Below are positions 36,646 through 44,931 of a DNA stretch of 64,000 nucleotides, piece by piece. The stretch's first letter is position 1; the number at the start of each line of letters is the position of its first letter. The DNA is from Minisyncoccota bacterium (GTDB lineage: Bacteria > Patescibacteriota > Minisyncoccia > UBA6257 > GWB1-50-10), in contig DATLZO010000019.1 in assembly GCA_035573955.1 (NCBI GenBank), positions 161 through 64,160 of the forward strand, read 5' to 3'. Under the pieces are notes generated by a model. That model searched no databases and had not been told where the DNA came from. It saw nothing but the letters and a program-made list of their open reading frames with translations. Both the position numbers and the translations under genes were made by a program.

Positions 36646-37500
36646 ATGAAGTCCATAGTTGTTATATACCACGCGAACTGCCCCGACGGTTTCGGCGCAG
36701 CTTATGCCGCCTGGAAAAAATTCGGCAACAGAGCCGATTATTTCGCCGTAAAACCGCACCAACTTCCACCCAATTCTCTTCGAAACAAAGAAGTTTACAT
36801 TTTGGACGGCTCTTACCCTGCCCAGCTTATTAAAGAACTTAAAAGAACCAGTAAAAGGGTTGTGATAATTGACCACCACATCAGCAATAAAAAGGAGATT
36901 AAATATGCCTCGGATTATTTATTTGATTTAAACCATTCCGGCGCTTACCTCGCTTGGCAATATTTCCATCCTAAGAAAAAAGTTCCCAAACTGCTCCGAT
37001 ATATAGAGGAGGGTGATTTATGGAAGTTTAAATCTCCTCAAATCCACACGTTATTGGCTTACATTTATTCACTTCCTTATGACTTTAAAGTTTGGGACAA
37101 TATTTGCCGCAGAATGGAGAAACTAAGCGAGAAGAAAAAGTATATTGCGCTCGGCAAAGTAATTTCCGATTACGACGCCCGTATTGTAAAAGCGATTGCT
37201 GAAAAAGCGGAGCTTGTGAAATTCGGTAAATATAAGATTCTGGCGGTTAATTTTCCGCTTAGAAAATATACCTCGGAAGTGGCGCATAAACTTTACCGTC
37301 GCCGGCCACCGATCGGCATTGTCTGGCATGTCTCGCCGGACGGCATCAAAGTTTCGTTGCGTTCCAACGGAAAAGTGAACGTGGCAAAGATCGCCGAAAA
37401 GTATGGGGGCGGTGGTCATAGGGCGGCGTCAAGTTTTATTCTGCCGCGAAATGCGAAATTACCCTGGAAAGTCATAAACGTCAAAAAGATTAAAAAATAA
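36646..37500 (+). CDS. nrnA: DHH-DHHA1 phosphoesterase (NrnA-like nanoRNase / pAp phosphatase)
   Basis: YHANCPDGFGAAYA, IIDHH (DHH motif), GGGH (DHHA1 motif). Confidence 0.78.
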   Translation: MKSIVVIYHANCPDGFGAAYAAWKKFGNRADYFAVKPHQLPPNSLRNKEVYILDGSYPAQLIKELKRTSKRVVIIDHHISNKKEIKYASDYLFDLNHSGAYLAWQYFHPKKKVPKLLRYIEEGDLWKFKSPQIHTLLAYIYSLPYDFKVWDNICRRMEKLSEKKKYIALGKVISDYDARIVKAIAEKAELVKFGKYKILAVNFPLRKYTSEVAHKLYRRRPPIGIVWHVSPDGIKVSLRSNGKVNVAKIAEKYGGGGHRAASSFILPRNAKLPWKVINVKKIKK

Positions 37501-37501
37501 A

Positions 37502-37981
37502 GTGAAACACACAGGTGGTATGTTCAAATATACCACCCCAATCATTAAAAAAGTGGGAAAATTAACTATTTATACAGACGGAGGAGCGAGAGGTAATCCC
37601 GGACCGGCAGCGATCGGCGTTTTGGTAGAAGACCCTTCGGCAAGCTCAGGACGGGTAAAAAGCTACAGCGAGGCGATAGGGAATACGACAAACAATGTTG
37701 CCGAATACCGGGCCGTCATTTTTGCGCTCACGAAGGCCAAAGCGTTGCTCGGCGCCGACAAAGCCAAGGAAACAGAATTAGAAATCCGCTCCGACAGTGA
37801 ACTCGTGGTAAGTCAATTGAAAGGCGAATACAAAATAAAAGACAAAGATCTCCAGCCACTCTTCGTTGAGGTTTGGAACAAGATGCAGAATTTCAAAAAA
37901 GTGGAATTCGTTCTCATCCCGCGCGAGAAGAATAAAGAAGCCGATGCGCTCGTGAATCGCGCTCTGGATACGTTATTTTAA
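37502..37981 (+). CDS. rnhA: ribonuclease HI (probable true GTG start at 37553)
   Basis: TIYTDGGARGNPGPAAIGV and downstream RNase H motifs; the first 17 codons of the ORF-track model coincide with a palindromic element copy. Confidence 0.85.
   Translation: MKHTGGMFKYTTPIIKKVGKLTIYTDGGARGNPGPAAIGVLVEDPSASSGRVKSYSEAIGNTTNNVAEYRAVIFALTKAKALLGADKAKETELEIRSDSELVVSQLKGEYKIKDKDLQPLFVEVWNKMQNFKKVEFVLIPREKNKEADALVNRALDTLF
37514..37537. repeat. copy of dispersed palindromic element GGTGGTATGTTCAAATATACCACC
   Basis: read directly; probably intergenic if rnhA starts at 37553. Confidence 0.4.
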
Positions 37982-38138
37982 ATTTCAATCGTTTCGGGTT
38001 GTGATGATTTACTGGTCTCAAAAACCCATATGGGTTTTTGAACCCGTTTTAATTTGACAAAAAGTTAATTTTTATATTAATGTTTTAAGCAGCATCTTAT
38101 TGTTAATCCAAACACAAACATCGGAGAAAGGAACCTAA

Positions 38139-38789
38139 ATGATGTTTGAAGCGATTTTACTCGCTTGGGCTGTAGCGGCAAGCTTTGCTTCCGTGGTTTT
38201 CTTCGCACAATGGCGGCGGAGCAAACGGAGATTTAAGCACGTCACCATGAATGATGAACTCACTGGTCTTTTGAACCGCCACGGTTTTTGGGATCAGGTG
38301 GAGCGCTTCATTAAAGTGACGGTTTCCGCCAAGGTCGGCGCGCAGCGAGCGTCTTTCGTCGTGAAAGATTTCTCGCTTATTGTGTTTGACATTGACCGTT
38401 TCAAAGAGCTTAACGACATGTTCGGTCATAGGTGTGGGGACGCTGTTCTTCGGAGAGTCGCCGAGACGGTGACATCCGCCATCAGGGAAGTGGATTTGGC
38501 TTGCCGCTGGGGCGGTGAGGAGATAGTAGTCGGTCTCGTCGGCGCTGGGCAGCAGAAAGCACTGGAGATAGCCGAGCGTGTGAGGGAGACAGTTGAAAAG
38601 TCTCCAATCATGTGGGATAGCGGCGATATTGTTCGGTTCACTGTCTCCGGCGGTGTCTCGAGCGTGAACGGCGCCAAAAACTTCGATGAGCTTCTGGAAA
38701 TGGCCGATAAAGCCCTCTATCTCGCGAAGGCCGGTGGCCGCAACCGCATTGTCGCTTACGAATCGTCGAGCACTAAGCCCGGAAGATGA
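38139..38789 (+). CDS. GGDEF-domain protein (diguanylate cyclase-like; GGEEI variant) with N-terminal TM helix
   Basis: LTGLLNRHGF, FDIDRFKELND, RWGGEEIVV. Confidence 0.75.
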   Translation: MMFEAILLAWAVAASFASVVFFAQWRRSKRRFKHVTMNDELTGLLNRHGFWDQVERFIKVTVSAKVGAQRASFVVKDFSLIVFDIDRFKELNDMFGHRCGDAVLRRVAETVTSAIREVDLACRWGGEEIVVGLVGAGQQKALEIAERVRETVEKSPIMWDSGDIVRFTVSGGVSSVNGAKNFDELLEMADKALYLAKAGGRNRIVAYESSSTKPGR

Positions 38790-38833
38790 TTTCCGGGCTT
38801 GCTTTTTACCAAAAAATGCGCTTATATTGTTTT

Positions 38834-39193
38834 CGGTAAGTCAAGCGATAGCTCCGATTCCGCAAGGTTTTGGAGAGGAAAGTCCGGACACCCTCCCGGC
38901 CGTGCGCCGGGATAAAAATGTAGCGGATAACGTCCGTCGTCCGCAAGGATAGAGGTGCGAGCAGTGACGTCCCGAGCCGAAAGGCGAGGGAGGACCTAAT
39001 CTCAAGCTAATCGGTCCAATCCCGCGATAGAGATAGAAAAGCGGGAGTGAAACGGCTAAATCCTTACAGGGTGCAAGGCTGTGCCCCGGGAGACCGGGGA
39101 ATGCCGCTCGAGTCCGGGAGTAATCCCGGTCCTAGATGAATTATCGCTAAGGTGTATAATCACCCGAAACAGAATCCGGCTTACGACTTACCG
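38834..39193 (+). ncRNA. rnpB: RNase P RNA (bacterial type)
   Basis: GAGGAAAGTCCGGAC (P4 5' strand) and ACAGAATCCGGCTTAC (P4 3' strand); P1 pairing CGGTAAGTC/GACTTACCG; terminator follows. Confidence 0.85.
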
Positions 39194-39195
39194 CA

Positions 39196-39227
39196 GAAAC
39201 CCGCCGCAAGGCGGGTTTCTGTTATTT
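39196..39227 (+). terminator. rho-independent terminator of rnpB
   Basis: GAAACCCGCC-GCAA-GGCGGGTTTC then TGTTATTT. Confidence 0.6.
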
Positions 39228-39269
39228 ATAATAGAAGTATCAAAGGCCGGTTCAATAAAATTTTCCAAT

Positions 39270-39581
39270 ATGGCTAAGTGGGTCATAAAAAGAGGAGGTA
39301 AAAAAGAACCGTTTCGTCTTTCCAAGGTTTCCGGTGCGGTGAGAGCCGCCTGTAGCGATGTGCGCCTCCCTGCGAAGCGGACGAAGACTGTGGTGAACAA
39401 AGTGACTCGAGATGTCATAAAGTTCGCCGCAAAGCGGAAAATAACTGTAAGAACATCCGATCTGCGCAAGATTTCTCTGAAGGCGCTCGGCGAGATAGAA
39501 CCAAAAGCGGCGAGAGCTTGGAGAAAATACGATGCCGCAAGGCGCGCAAAACGCGCGAAAGCGAAAAGAAGGAGAACTTAA
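39270..39581 (+). CDS. stand-alone ATP-cone domain protein with a basic C-terminal tail
   Basis: KWVIKRGGKKEPFRLSKVSGAVRAA resembles the NrdR/RNR ATP-cone start (VIKRDG..EPF); ORF-track model trimmed from 39081 because it overlaps rnpB. Confidence 0.55.
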   Translation: MAKWVIKRGGKKEPFRLSKVSGAVRAACSDVRLPAKRTKTVVNKVTRDVIKFAAKRKITVRTSDLRKISLKALGEIEPKAARAWRKYDAARRAKRAKAKRRRT

Positions 39582-39714
39582 TCCCTCGCCGCACCCGCTC
39601 CGCCGGATTTGCGGGGCGGGATTTTGCTTGCAAATTAGGCGAGGTTAGTACAATATGAAATCTCGCTATTTGAAAACAGAATAAACAGAACACTGTACAC
39701 GAAAGGATGGAAAC

Positions 39715-40191
39715 ATGATGATTATCACGCCGCCCGATTTTGTCACAGATCGCAACGCCGCCGTTCTTTTCCTTGGCGGTCCGATACGGGAGACGCCCGA
39801 TTGGCGTGCGGAAGCGATCCGCATCATCTCAAAGAATAACGGCAGGGTTTATGTCGCTTCGCCTCAGCGGCCGGGCGGCATTTACCCAGATTTTGAGGGG
39901 AGTGAATGCGACGTTCAGACGAGGTGGGAAGTGCATCATCTTTTCCGCGCCTTGCGAAAAGGCGCTGTGCTCTTCTGGTTCCCGAAGAAGCAGCCGTATC
40001 TCCGCAATTCCGGACTCGAGCTTGGAGCATCGCTTGTCTCGGCCGGGAATGTGGTGGTCGGCATCGAAACGGGTTTCCCGGAAGAGTATCTTCGCGCTTT
40101 CATCCGTGAGAAGTCTCCGGATGTAAAGATCTGCAATGATTTCGAGGAAACGTGCCTTACGGCACTCGCACTAGCGGAAGCGGCTCTCTGA
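39715..40191 (+). CDS. hypothetical protein, GC-rich (possible nucleoside 2-deoxyribosyltransferase-like Rossmann fold)
   Basis: AVLFLGGPIRETPDW weakly resembles NDT-like YLAGPI motifs; GC ~56% with ORFs open on both strands. Confidence 0.45.
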   Translation: MMIITPPDFVTDRNAAVLFLGGPIRETPDWRAEAIRIISKNNGRVYVASPQRPGGIYPDFEGSECDVQTRWEVHHLFRALRKGAVLFWFPKKQPYLRNSGLELGASLVSAGNVVVGIETGFPEEYLRAFIREKSPDVKICNDFEETCLTALALAEAAL

Positions 40192-40219
40192 GCCGCTTCT
40201 TCATTTTTCAGTTATAATT

Positions 40220-40840
40220 TTGAAGATGCTAAAAAAGCCGAAAATCTTTAACATCCCGGAATTCGAGGTATTTAAAAAGTTGAACACGCCGGCAAAAGTC
40301 CAGGATTTTATTGATAAGATTCCCGTAAATTTTTCCATAACCTGCCGGTCGCCGCTCTCGGTTTTACGGAAGAACCGGGCTTATTGTATCGAAGCGGCCT
40401 TTCTCGCGGCTGCCATTTTCTGGTACCACGGCCGGAGACCGCTCGTTTTTGTTCTTCAGACCGCAAAAAGAGATTTTGATCACGTCCTTGCGCTTTTTCG
40501 GGAAAACGGCCGCTGGGGGGCAATTTCCAAAACCAATCATCCGGTTTTACGTTATCGCGAGCCGGTTTATAAAAGCATTAGGGAACTCGCGATGTCATAT
40601 TTTCACGAGTATTTCATGGACGACGGAAAGAAGACGATGCGCGGTTATTCCGAACCGATTGATTTGCGGAAATTCGGCACGGATTGGATAGTCTCAAAAG
40701 AGGATATCTGGCGTCTGGACAGCGCGCTGGCAAAGGCCAAGTACCACAAAATTTTAGGGAGAAAACAAATTCCGCTCTTGCGGAATGCGGACAAAATTGA
40801 GATTAAGGCCACCAAGCTGGTCCAATGGAAGCGGACTTGA
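40220..40840 (+). CDS. hypothetical protein (206 aa), possible Cys/His papain-like fold
   Basis: AYCIEAAFLAAAIFWYHG...DFDHV; no confident family. Confidence 0.5.
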   Translation: MKMLKKPKIFNIPEFEVFKKLNTPAKVQDFIDKIPVNFSITCRSPLSVLRKNRAYCIEAAFLAAAIFWYHGRRPLVFVLQTAKRDFDHVLALFRENGRWGAISKTNHPVLRYREPVYKSIRELAMSYFHEYFMDDGKKTMRGYSEPIDLRKFGTDWIVSKEDIWRLDSALAKAKYHKILGRKQIPLLRNADKIEIKATKLVQWKRT

Positions 40841-40904
40841 CCGCGTCTGGAATGAAGTTCTAGAATTAAATCCGAGGCTGATTTCTTGCCTCGTGCATAA
40901 TGCA

Positions 40905-41160
40905 CACACAATGGGTGGGAGGGGAGCCACGCGACAACGCAAGACCCACCAGTTCTGTGCGAGTGACTGGCGGCCAAGTGGGCCGGAATAATCCATAAGC
41001 CGGCCGGCAAAAATCTCGCACCACGTCTAGCTAGCGTACTGCCGAGTTTTTTCGAGCCGAAACGCGGATAGCGGAGCTTTCCGATTAGCTCCAAGTCGCG
41101 GCTATCCCGCCCTTCCCACCCCTAGCACCAAAGCCGCACCACACCAAGTGCGGCTTTGTC
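40905..41160 (+). ncRNA. candidate structured GC-rich ncRNA (class unknown) ending in a terminator
   Basis: long-range helix GGGTGGGAGGGG (40913-40924) pairs with CCCTTCCCACCCC (41109-41122); internal GGCCGG...CCGGCC hairpins; terminator AAAGCCGCAC...GTGCGGCTTT + T-rich at 41130-41167. Confidence 0.25.
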
Positions 41161-41173
41161 ATTTGTTATCTTA

Positions 41174-41201
41174 TTGACAAAAAATACCCAAATGTTACAT
41201 T
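41174..41201 (+). promoter_or_regulatory. putative promoter TTGACA-16-TACATT for csp
   Basis: read directly. Confidence 0.45.
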
Positions 41202-41245
41202 TAAGTGGAGAAATGTGGTCGTATTTCTTTAAAGCAATCTAAGCC

Positions 41246-41446
41246 ATGACAGGGACAATCAAAACCCTTACGGATAGAGGATATGGATTCATCGCTCGCG
41301 AAGGCGAAACGAAGGATCTTTTCTTCCACTCCAAAGAGCTTGTTGGCGCGACTTTTGAGGAATTGAAGGTCGGCGACACCGTTACTTTCGAGGTTGTGGA
41401 TACCGACAAGGGTCCCGCCGCCACGAAGGTTTCGCTCGCGAAGTAA
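41246..41446 (+). CDS. cspA: cold-shock protein (CspA family)
   Basis: GTIKTLTDRGYGFIAREGETKDLFFHSKEL cold-shock domain RNP motifs. Confidence 0.9.
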   Translation: MTGTIKTLTDRGYGFIAREGETKDLFFHSKELVGATFEELKVGDTVTFEVVDTDKGPAATKVSLAK

Positions 41447-41463
41447 CATCGTCAACGAACCAA

Positions 41464-41490
41464 AAACCCGCCGGAAAAGGCGGGTTTTTG
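41464..41490 (+). terminator. rho-independent terminator
   Basis: AAACCCGCC-GGAAAA-GGCGGGTTT followed by TTG. Confidence 0.6.
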
Positions 41491-41612
41491 TGGTTTTCCA
41501 TATTCACAACCATTGTCATCCAAATGGATGCGGTGAGAGCGACGACGATAAATGGAACGATATTTTCGTCAAATATAAATTTCGTAATGGCTATTTGTTA
41601 TAATTAAAATTA

Positions 41613-42545
41613 ATGAATAACAAGATAACTGCCAAGGATTTTTTCTTCCATATTGCCGTTATCGTTCTTTTGTACGTCGGCACAGTTGCGCTTCTCAATA
41701 TTTTGTTCCGCGTTATCAACGTCGCTTTCCCGCAGGTTACGGATAGCGGTTATTACGACTCGAATTCCATCAGTCTTCCGGTCGCGACGCTCATCGTGGT
41801 TTTTCCGCTTTTTCTTTTTATCACCAATCTGCTCCGCAAGGGATATTCGGAGGAACCAAGTCGCAAGGAATATCCGGTGAGAAAGTGGCTAATCTATATC
41901 ACGCTTTTCATAGCCGGGGCGGTTCTTGCCGGCGACCTCGTTACGCTTATTTATTTCTTCCTCGACGGTCGGGAGCTCACAACTGGTTTTATTTTGAAGA
42001 TACTTTCAGTGTTTGTCGTCGCCGGTTCGATTTTTGGTTATTATGTAGATGATTTGAAAGATCGTCTTTCGGGGTCGCGTCGGAACTTCTGGCGAGTGTG
42101 GGCTACGGTTCTGGTTCTCGGTTCGATAATCGCGGGTTTTGGTGTGCTTGGGTCGCCCCGAAGTCAGCGCATGTTCCGCTACGATTCGCAGAAGATCTCG
42201 GATCTCCAAAATATCCAATGGCAGGTTGTAAACTACTATCAGCAAAAAGGAGTTTTACCCGATTCTCTTTTGGATTTGCAAGATCCGATTTCCGGCTTCA
42301 CGTTGCCGAAAGACCCCCAAACAAGAGGGGATTACGGCTATAGGAAAACCGGTACACTTTCTTTCGAACTCTGCGCCAATTTCAACAAGCCTGCGCAGGC
42401 AAATAACAACCCTTCCCGGATAGTTTATCCTGACGAAGTGGGCAAATTTGTTGGAGACAGCTGGCAGCACGAAGCCGGGCGTGAGTGCTTCTCACGCACC
42501 ATTGATCCAGATCTTTATCCAATAAGACCAAAGACGCAGTTTTAA
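41613..42545 (+). CDS. hypothetical integral membrane protein (4-5 N-terminal TM helices plus soluble C-terminal domain)
   Basis: hydrophobic segments over the first ~180 aa; no family recognised. Confidence 0.6.
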   Translation: MNNKITAKDFFFHIAVIVLLYVGTVALLNILFRVINVAFPQVTDSGYYDSNSISLPVATLIVVFPLFLFITNLLRKGYSEEPSRKEYPVRKWLIYITLFIAGAVLAGDLVTLIYFFLDGRELTTGFILKILSVFVVAGSIFGYYVDDLKDRLSGSRRNFWRVWATVLVLGSIIAGFGVLGSPRSQRMFRYDSQKISDLQNIQWQVVNYYQQKGVLPDSLLDLQDPISGFTLPKDPQTRGDYGYRKTGTLSFELCANFNKPAQANNNPSRIVYPDEVGKFVGDSWQHEAGRECFSRTIDPDLYPIRPKTQF

Positions 42546-42621
42546 TCTGTTTTGTAAAGGAAATTTTTTCTGTCATTGAAAGTGCATGCCCCCGCGTGCT
42601 AAACCGGCACCGTTGTTTCCT

Positions 42622-42669
42622 TAATAAGTATCATTAATAAGAATAAGTATCATTAATAAGTATCATTAA
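42622..42669. repeat. tandem repeat TAATAAGTATCAT x3 (middle copy carries an AAGAAT insertion)
   Basis: read directly. Confidence 0.6.
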
Positions 42670-42681
42670 ATGCAAATAAAT

Positions 42682-42717
42682 ATCCCAATTCATAAGCTAT
42701 AGCTTATGAATTGGGAT
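42682..42717. terminator. perfect 36-bp palindrome ATCCCAATTCATAAGCTA/TAGCTTATGAATTGGGAT between convergent genes; likely bidirectional terminator
   Basis: the sequence equals its reverse complement; flanked by A/T runs. Confidence 0.5.
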
Positions 42718-42719
42718 AA

Positions 42720-43481
42720 TTAGAGATAACCGATTTTTTTAAGCCATTCTATATTTTCCCATTCCCAAAGTTTCTTCGCGCCGAGGAATGCATCGAAGTC
42801 TTCTTGCCAGTAGGGGAATTCTTTGAGTTCTATCCTGCCCTCGAGCGGACCCCATTCGTGTTGGCAGACTTGCATGAAAGCGTTGCCCCACTGTGTTTTT
42901 ATCTTATCCCGACCGCCCTTAGAGCGGAGTATGGCGCTGCAATGGACGCAGAAACGGCTCTGGTCGATGCGCAAAATCCACCTCGTCTCCAGATTTTTCA
43001 CTTGTTCCTTCATTGCCGCGAGATAGGCCGAGGTCTGGAGATTATAGTCGCGGTAAATTTCCTGCGATGTTTTAATGTCCAAAATGCCGAGTTTGCCGTC
43101 GATGAGTGCGATTGCGTCCAATGTCCCGGCATAGCGGTGCTCGTAGTTTACGAGACGGTGCTCAACGTAGTTCGGGTCTACCTGGATGTTGCGGTCGACT
43201 AAAAATTCCAAGAATGCCTTAATAGAAGGGCGGATGCGCTCGGGTATTTCCGGTTTCTCACCAAGGAGGATTTTTTCTGCCGCTTCGTGGATCTGCGTAC
43301 CTTCGGTAGCAGAGTTCATTTTAATGCGTTCGCCGGCCGCAAAGTTTTCGACATTTGCGTAGAAGCGGTAGAGGGCCGGTTTGGACTTGATTTCCACGAT
43401 TTTCGTCACCCGCGGGTACCAAAATCCGTCTACTTCGTAGCCGCAGAGTGATTTGAAATGGTTTTCGTCGGAGTAGTACAT
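42720..43481 (-). CDS. PD-(D/E)XK nuclease, Cas4/RecB-like family (one N-terminal plus three C-terminal Cys)
   Basis: GTLDAIALIDGKLGILDIKTS (D...D.K), Cys13 plus CVHC...C arrangement typical of Cas4/AddB Fe-S nucleases; no CRISPR array in the window. Confidence 0.65.
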   Translation of the reverse strand: MYYSDENHFKSLCGYEVDGFWYPRVTKIVEIKSKPALYRFYANVENFAAGERIKMNSATEGTQIHEAAEKILLGEKPEIPERIRPSIKAFLEFLVDRNIQVDPNYVEHRLVNYEHRYAGTLDAIALIDGKLGILDIKTSQEIYRDYNLQTSAYLAAMKEQVKNLETRWILRIDQSRFCVHCSAILRSKGGRDKIKTQWGNAFMQVCQHEWGPLEGRIELKEFPYWQEDFDAFLGAKKLWEWENIEWLKKIGYL

Positions 43482-43490
43482 TACGATGGC

Positions 43491-44876
43491 TTATTTTATC
43501 AAGGAAGCCGTGTAGTTAACAATGTTTCCGGCACCCATCATTACAATAACAGGGGATAGGGTGTAGGATGTAGGATTTAGGGTTTTTTTAATAAATTTAC
43601 AAAGATTATTTGGGTTAGGTAGATAATAAATATTTTCTTTACCGCGATTCTTTATTTTTTTCGCTAAATCGGCGGAAGTATAGCCACGGTGGGTTTTGTC
43701 ACGGCCGGCGACTTGGTAAATAGGCAGCAAAATTAAATAGTCGGCTAAATCAAAAGCAGAGGTAAATTCCTTGAAAAGATTTTTCAGGCGGTGAGCTTGA
43801 TGCGGCTGGAAAACGCAAACTATATCCGACTCCGGGAATTTTTCGTGAAAGGCTTGAAGGGTCGCCTTGATCTCTGTCGGATGATGTGCATAGTCGTCAT
43901 ACACGGGGATTTTGAATTTTGAATTTTGAATTTTGAATTGCCCACGGTATTCCATCCGGCGCCAGGCGCCGCGATAGCCGCTTAATGCTTTTAATATTGT
44001 TTTTTCTTTGATACCGAGCGCGCGAGCGAGCGTATAAACAGCCAGGGCGTTCGAAACATTGTGCTGCCCCGTAATTTTTAAAACTTTTTTTATCCTCCGG
44101 AGAGGGGTGGTATATTTAAGTATGCCACCTCTATACCAAATCAGTCGGATGCTCTGTTTCTTGCAAATTTTTTGGATTCGGGATTTTAGACCAAAAAGAT
44201 TTTTATCGTCGCGGTTCGCTACTAAAATCCCGCCCGCTTTTATGTTTCCGATAAATTTCAAGAAAGATTTTTTTACATTTGCGAGATTCTTATAAACGTC
44301 CAAATGTTCCTTATCAATATTCGTGATTACAGCATAGGTGGGGGAGTAGTTATGGAAGGACATTTTAAATTCGTCAGCCTCGATTAAAAGCCAGTCACTT
44401 TTACCGTTCCGGAAGTTTGAGTCGCCGAATTCCTTGAGTAGTGTGCCGACGATGACCGTTGGGTCAAAACCGGCTCCGATCATAACAAGCGATGTGAGAG
44501 CGGTCGTGGTACTTTTGCCGTGGGCGCCAGCGATGGCGACGGTCTTGTAGTTTCGGGTGAGCGCTCCCAAAATCTGCGGATAGGTGAGTGTCGGGATGTT
44601 CCGCCGCCTTGCCTCCCTTAATTCTGGATTCGAGGCCGGAATAGCCTGGTTGTATACAACTAGAGCCGTTTTAGTCCCAATATTGGTTTTTTTGTGCCCA
44701 ATTTTGAACTTTAAGCCCTTTTTTTGCAGATTTCGTACTAAATCACTATCCTGCATATCTGACCCCGAAATAGCCCATTTTTGGGCCAAAAACCACTGTG
44801 CCAGTGCACTAATACCTATTCCACCCACTCCAATGAAGTGGACCAAGGGCTTATTTAAAGGGGAGAGGTCTTTCAT
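43491..44876 (-). CDS. murC: UDP-N-acetylmuramate--L-alanine ligase
   Basis: VHFIGVGGIGISALAQ, VAIAGAHGKSTTTAL, DDYAHHPTEI. Confidence 0.9.
   Translation of the reverse strand: MKDLSPLNKPLVHFIGVGGIGISALAQWFLAQKWAISGSDMQDSDLVRNLQKKGLKFKIGHKKTNIGTKTALVVYNQAIPASNPELREARRRNIPTLTYPQILGALTRNYKTVAIAGAHGKSTTTALTSLVMIGAGFDPTVIVGTLLKEFGDSNFRNGKSDWLLIEADEFKMSFHNYSPTYAVITNIDKEHLDVYKNLANVKKSFLKFIGNIKAGGILVANRDDKNLFGLKSRIQKICKKQSIRLIWYRGGILKYTTPLRRIKKVLKITGQHNVSNALAVYTLARALGIKEKTILKALSGYRGAWRRMEYRGQFKIQNSKFKIPVYDDYAHHPTEIKATLQAFHEKFPESDIVCVFQPHQAHRLKNLFKEFTSAFDLADYLILLPIYQVAGRDKTHRGYTSADLAKKIKNRGKENIYYLPNPNNLCKFIKKTLNPTSYTLSPVIVMMGAGNIVNYTASLIK
43909..43940. repeat. heptanucleotide tandem repeat (ATTTTGA)x4.5 inside murC
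   Basis: read directly; encodes QFKIQNSKFKI. Confidence 0.7.
44106..44129. repeat. copy of dispersed palindromic element (minus-strand GGTGGCATACTTAAATATACCACC), in-frame inside murC (GGILKYTT)
   Basis: read directly. Confidence 0.4.
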
Positions 44877-44931
44877 GGGGATTTAGCAAAATCTCTCGTG
44901 TCGTATAATATACCTTTTCTGTCATGATAAT

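Noticed and set aside
39081-39269. N-terminal 63 codons of ORF 39081-39581
   Set aside because: This stretch overlaps the 3' part and terminator of RNase P RNA. The conserved ATP-cone begins at the internal ATG at 39270.
40645-41094. 149-aa minus-strand ORF and 68-aa plus-strand ORF across the GC-rich candidate ncRNA region
   Set aside because: There is no start context. The frames overlap the end of the upstream gene. The region shows long-range base pairing and a terminator, which suits an RNA better.
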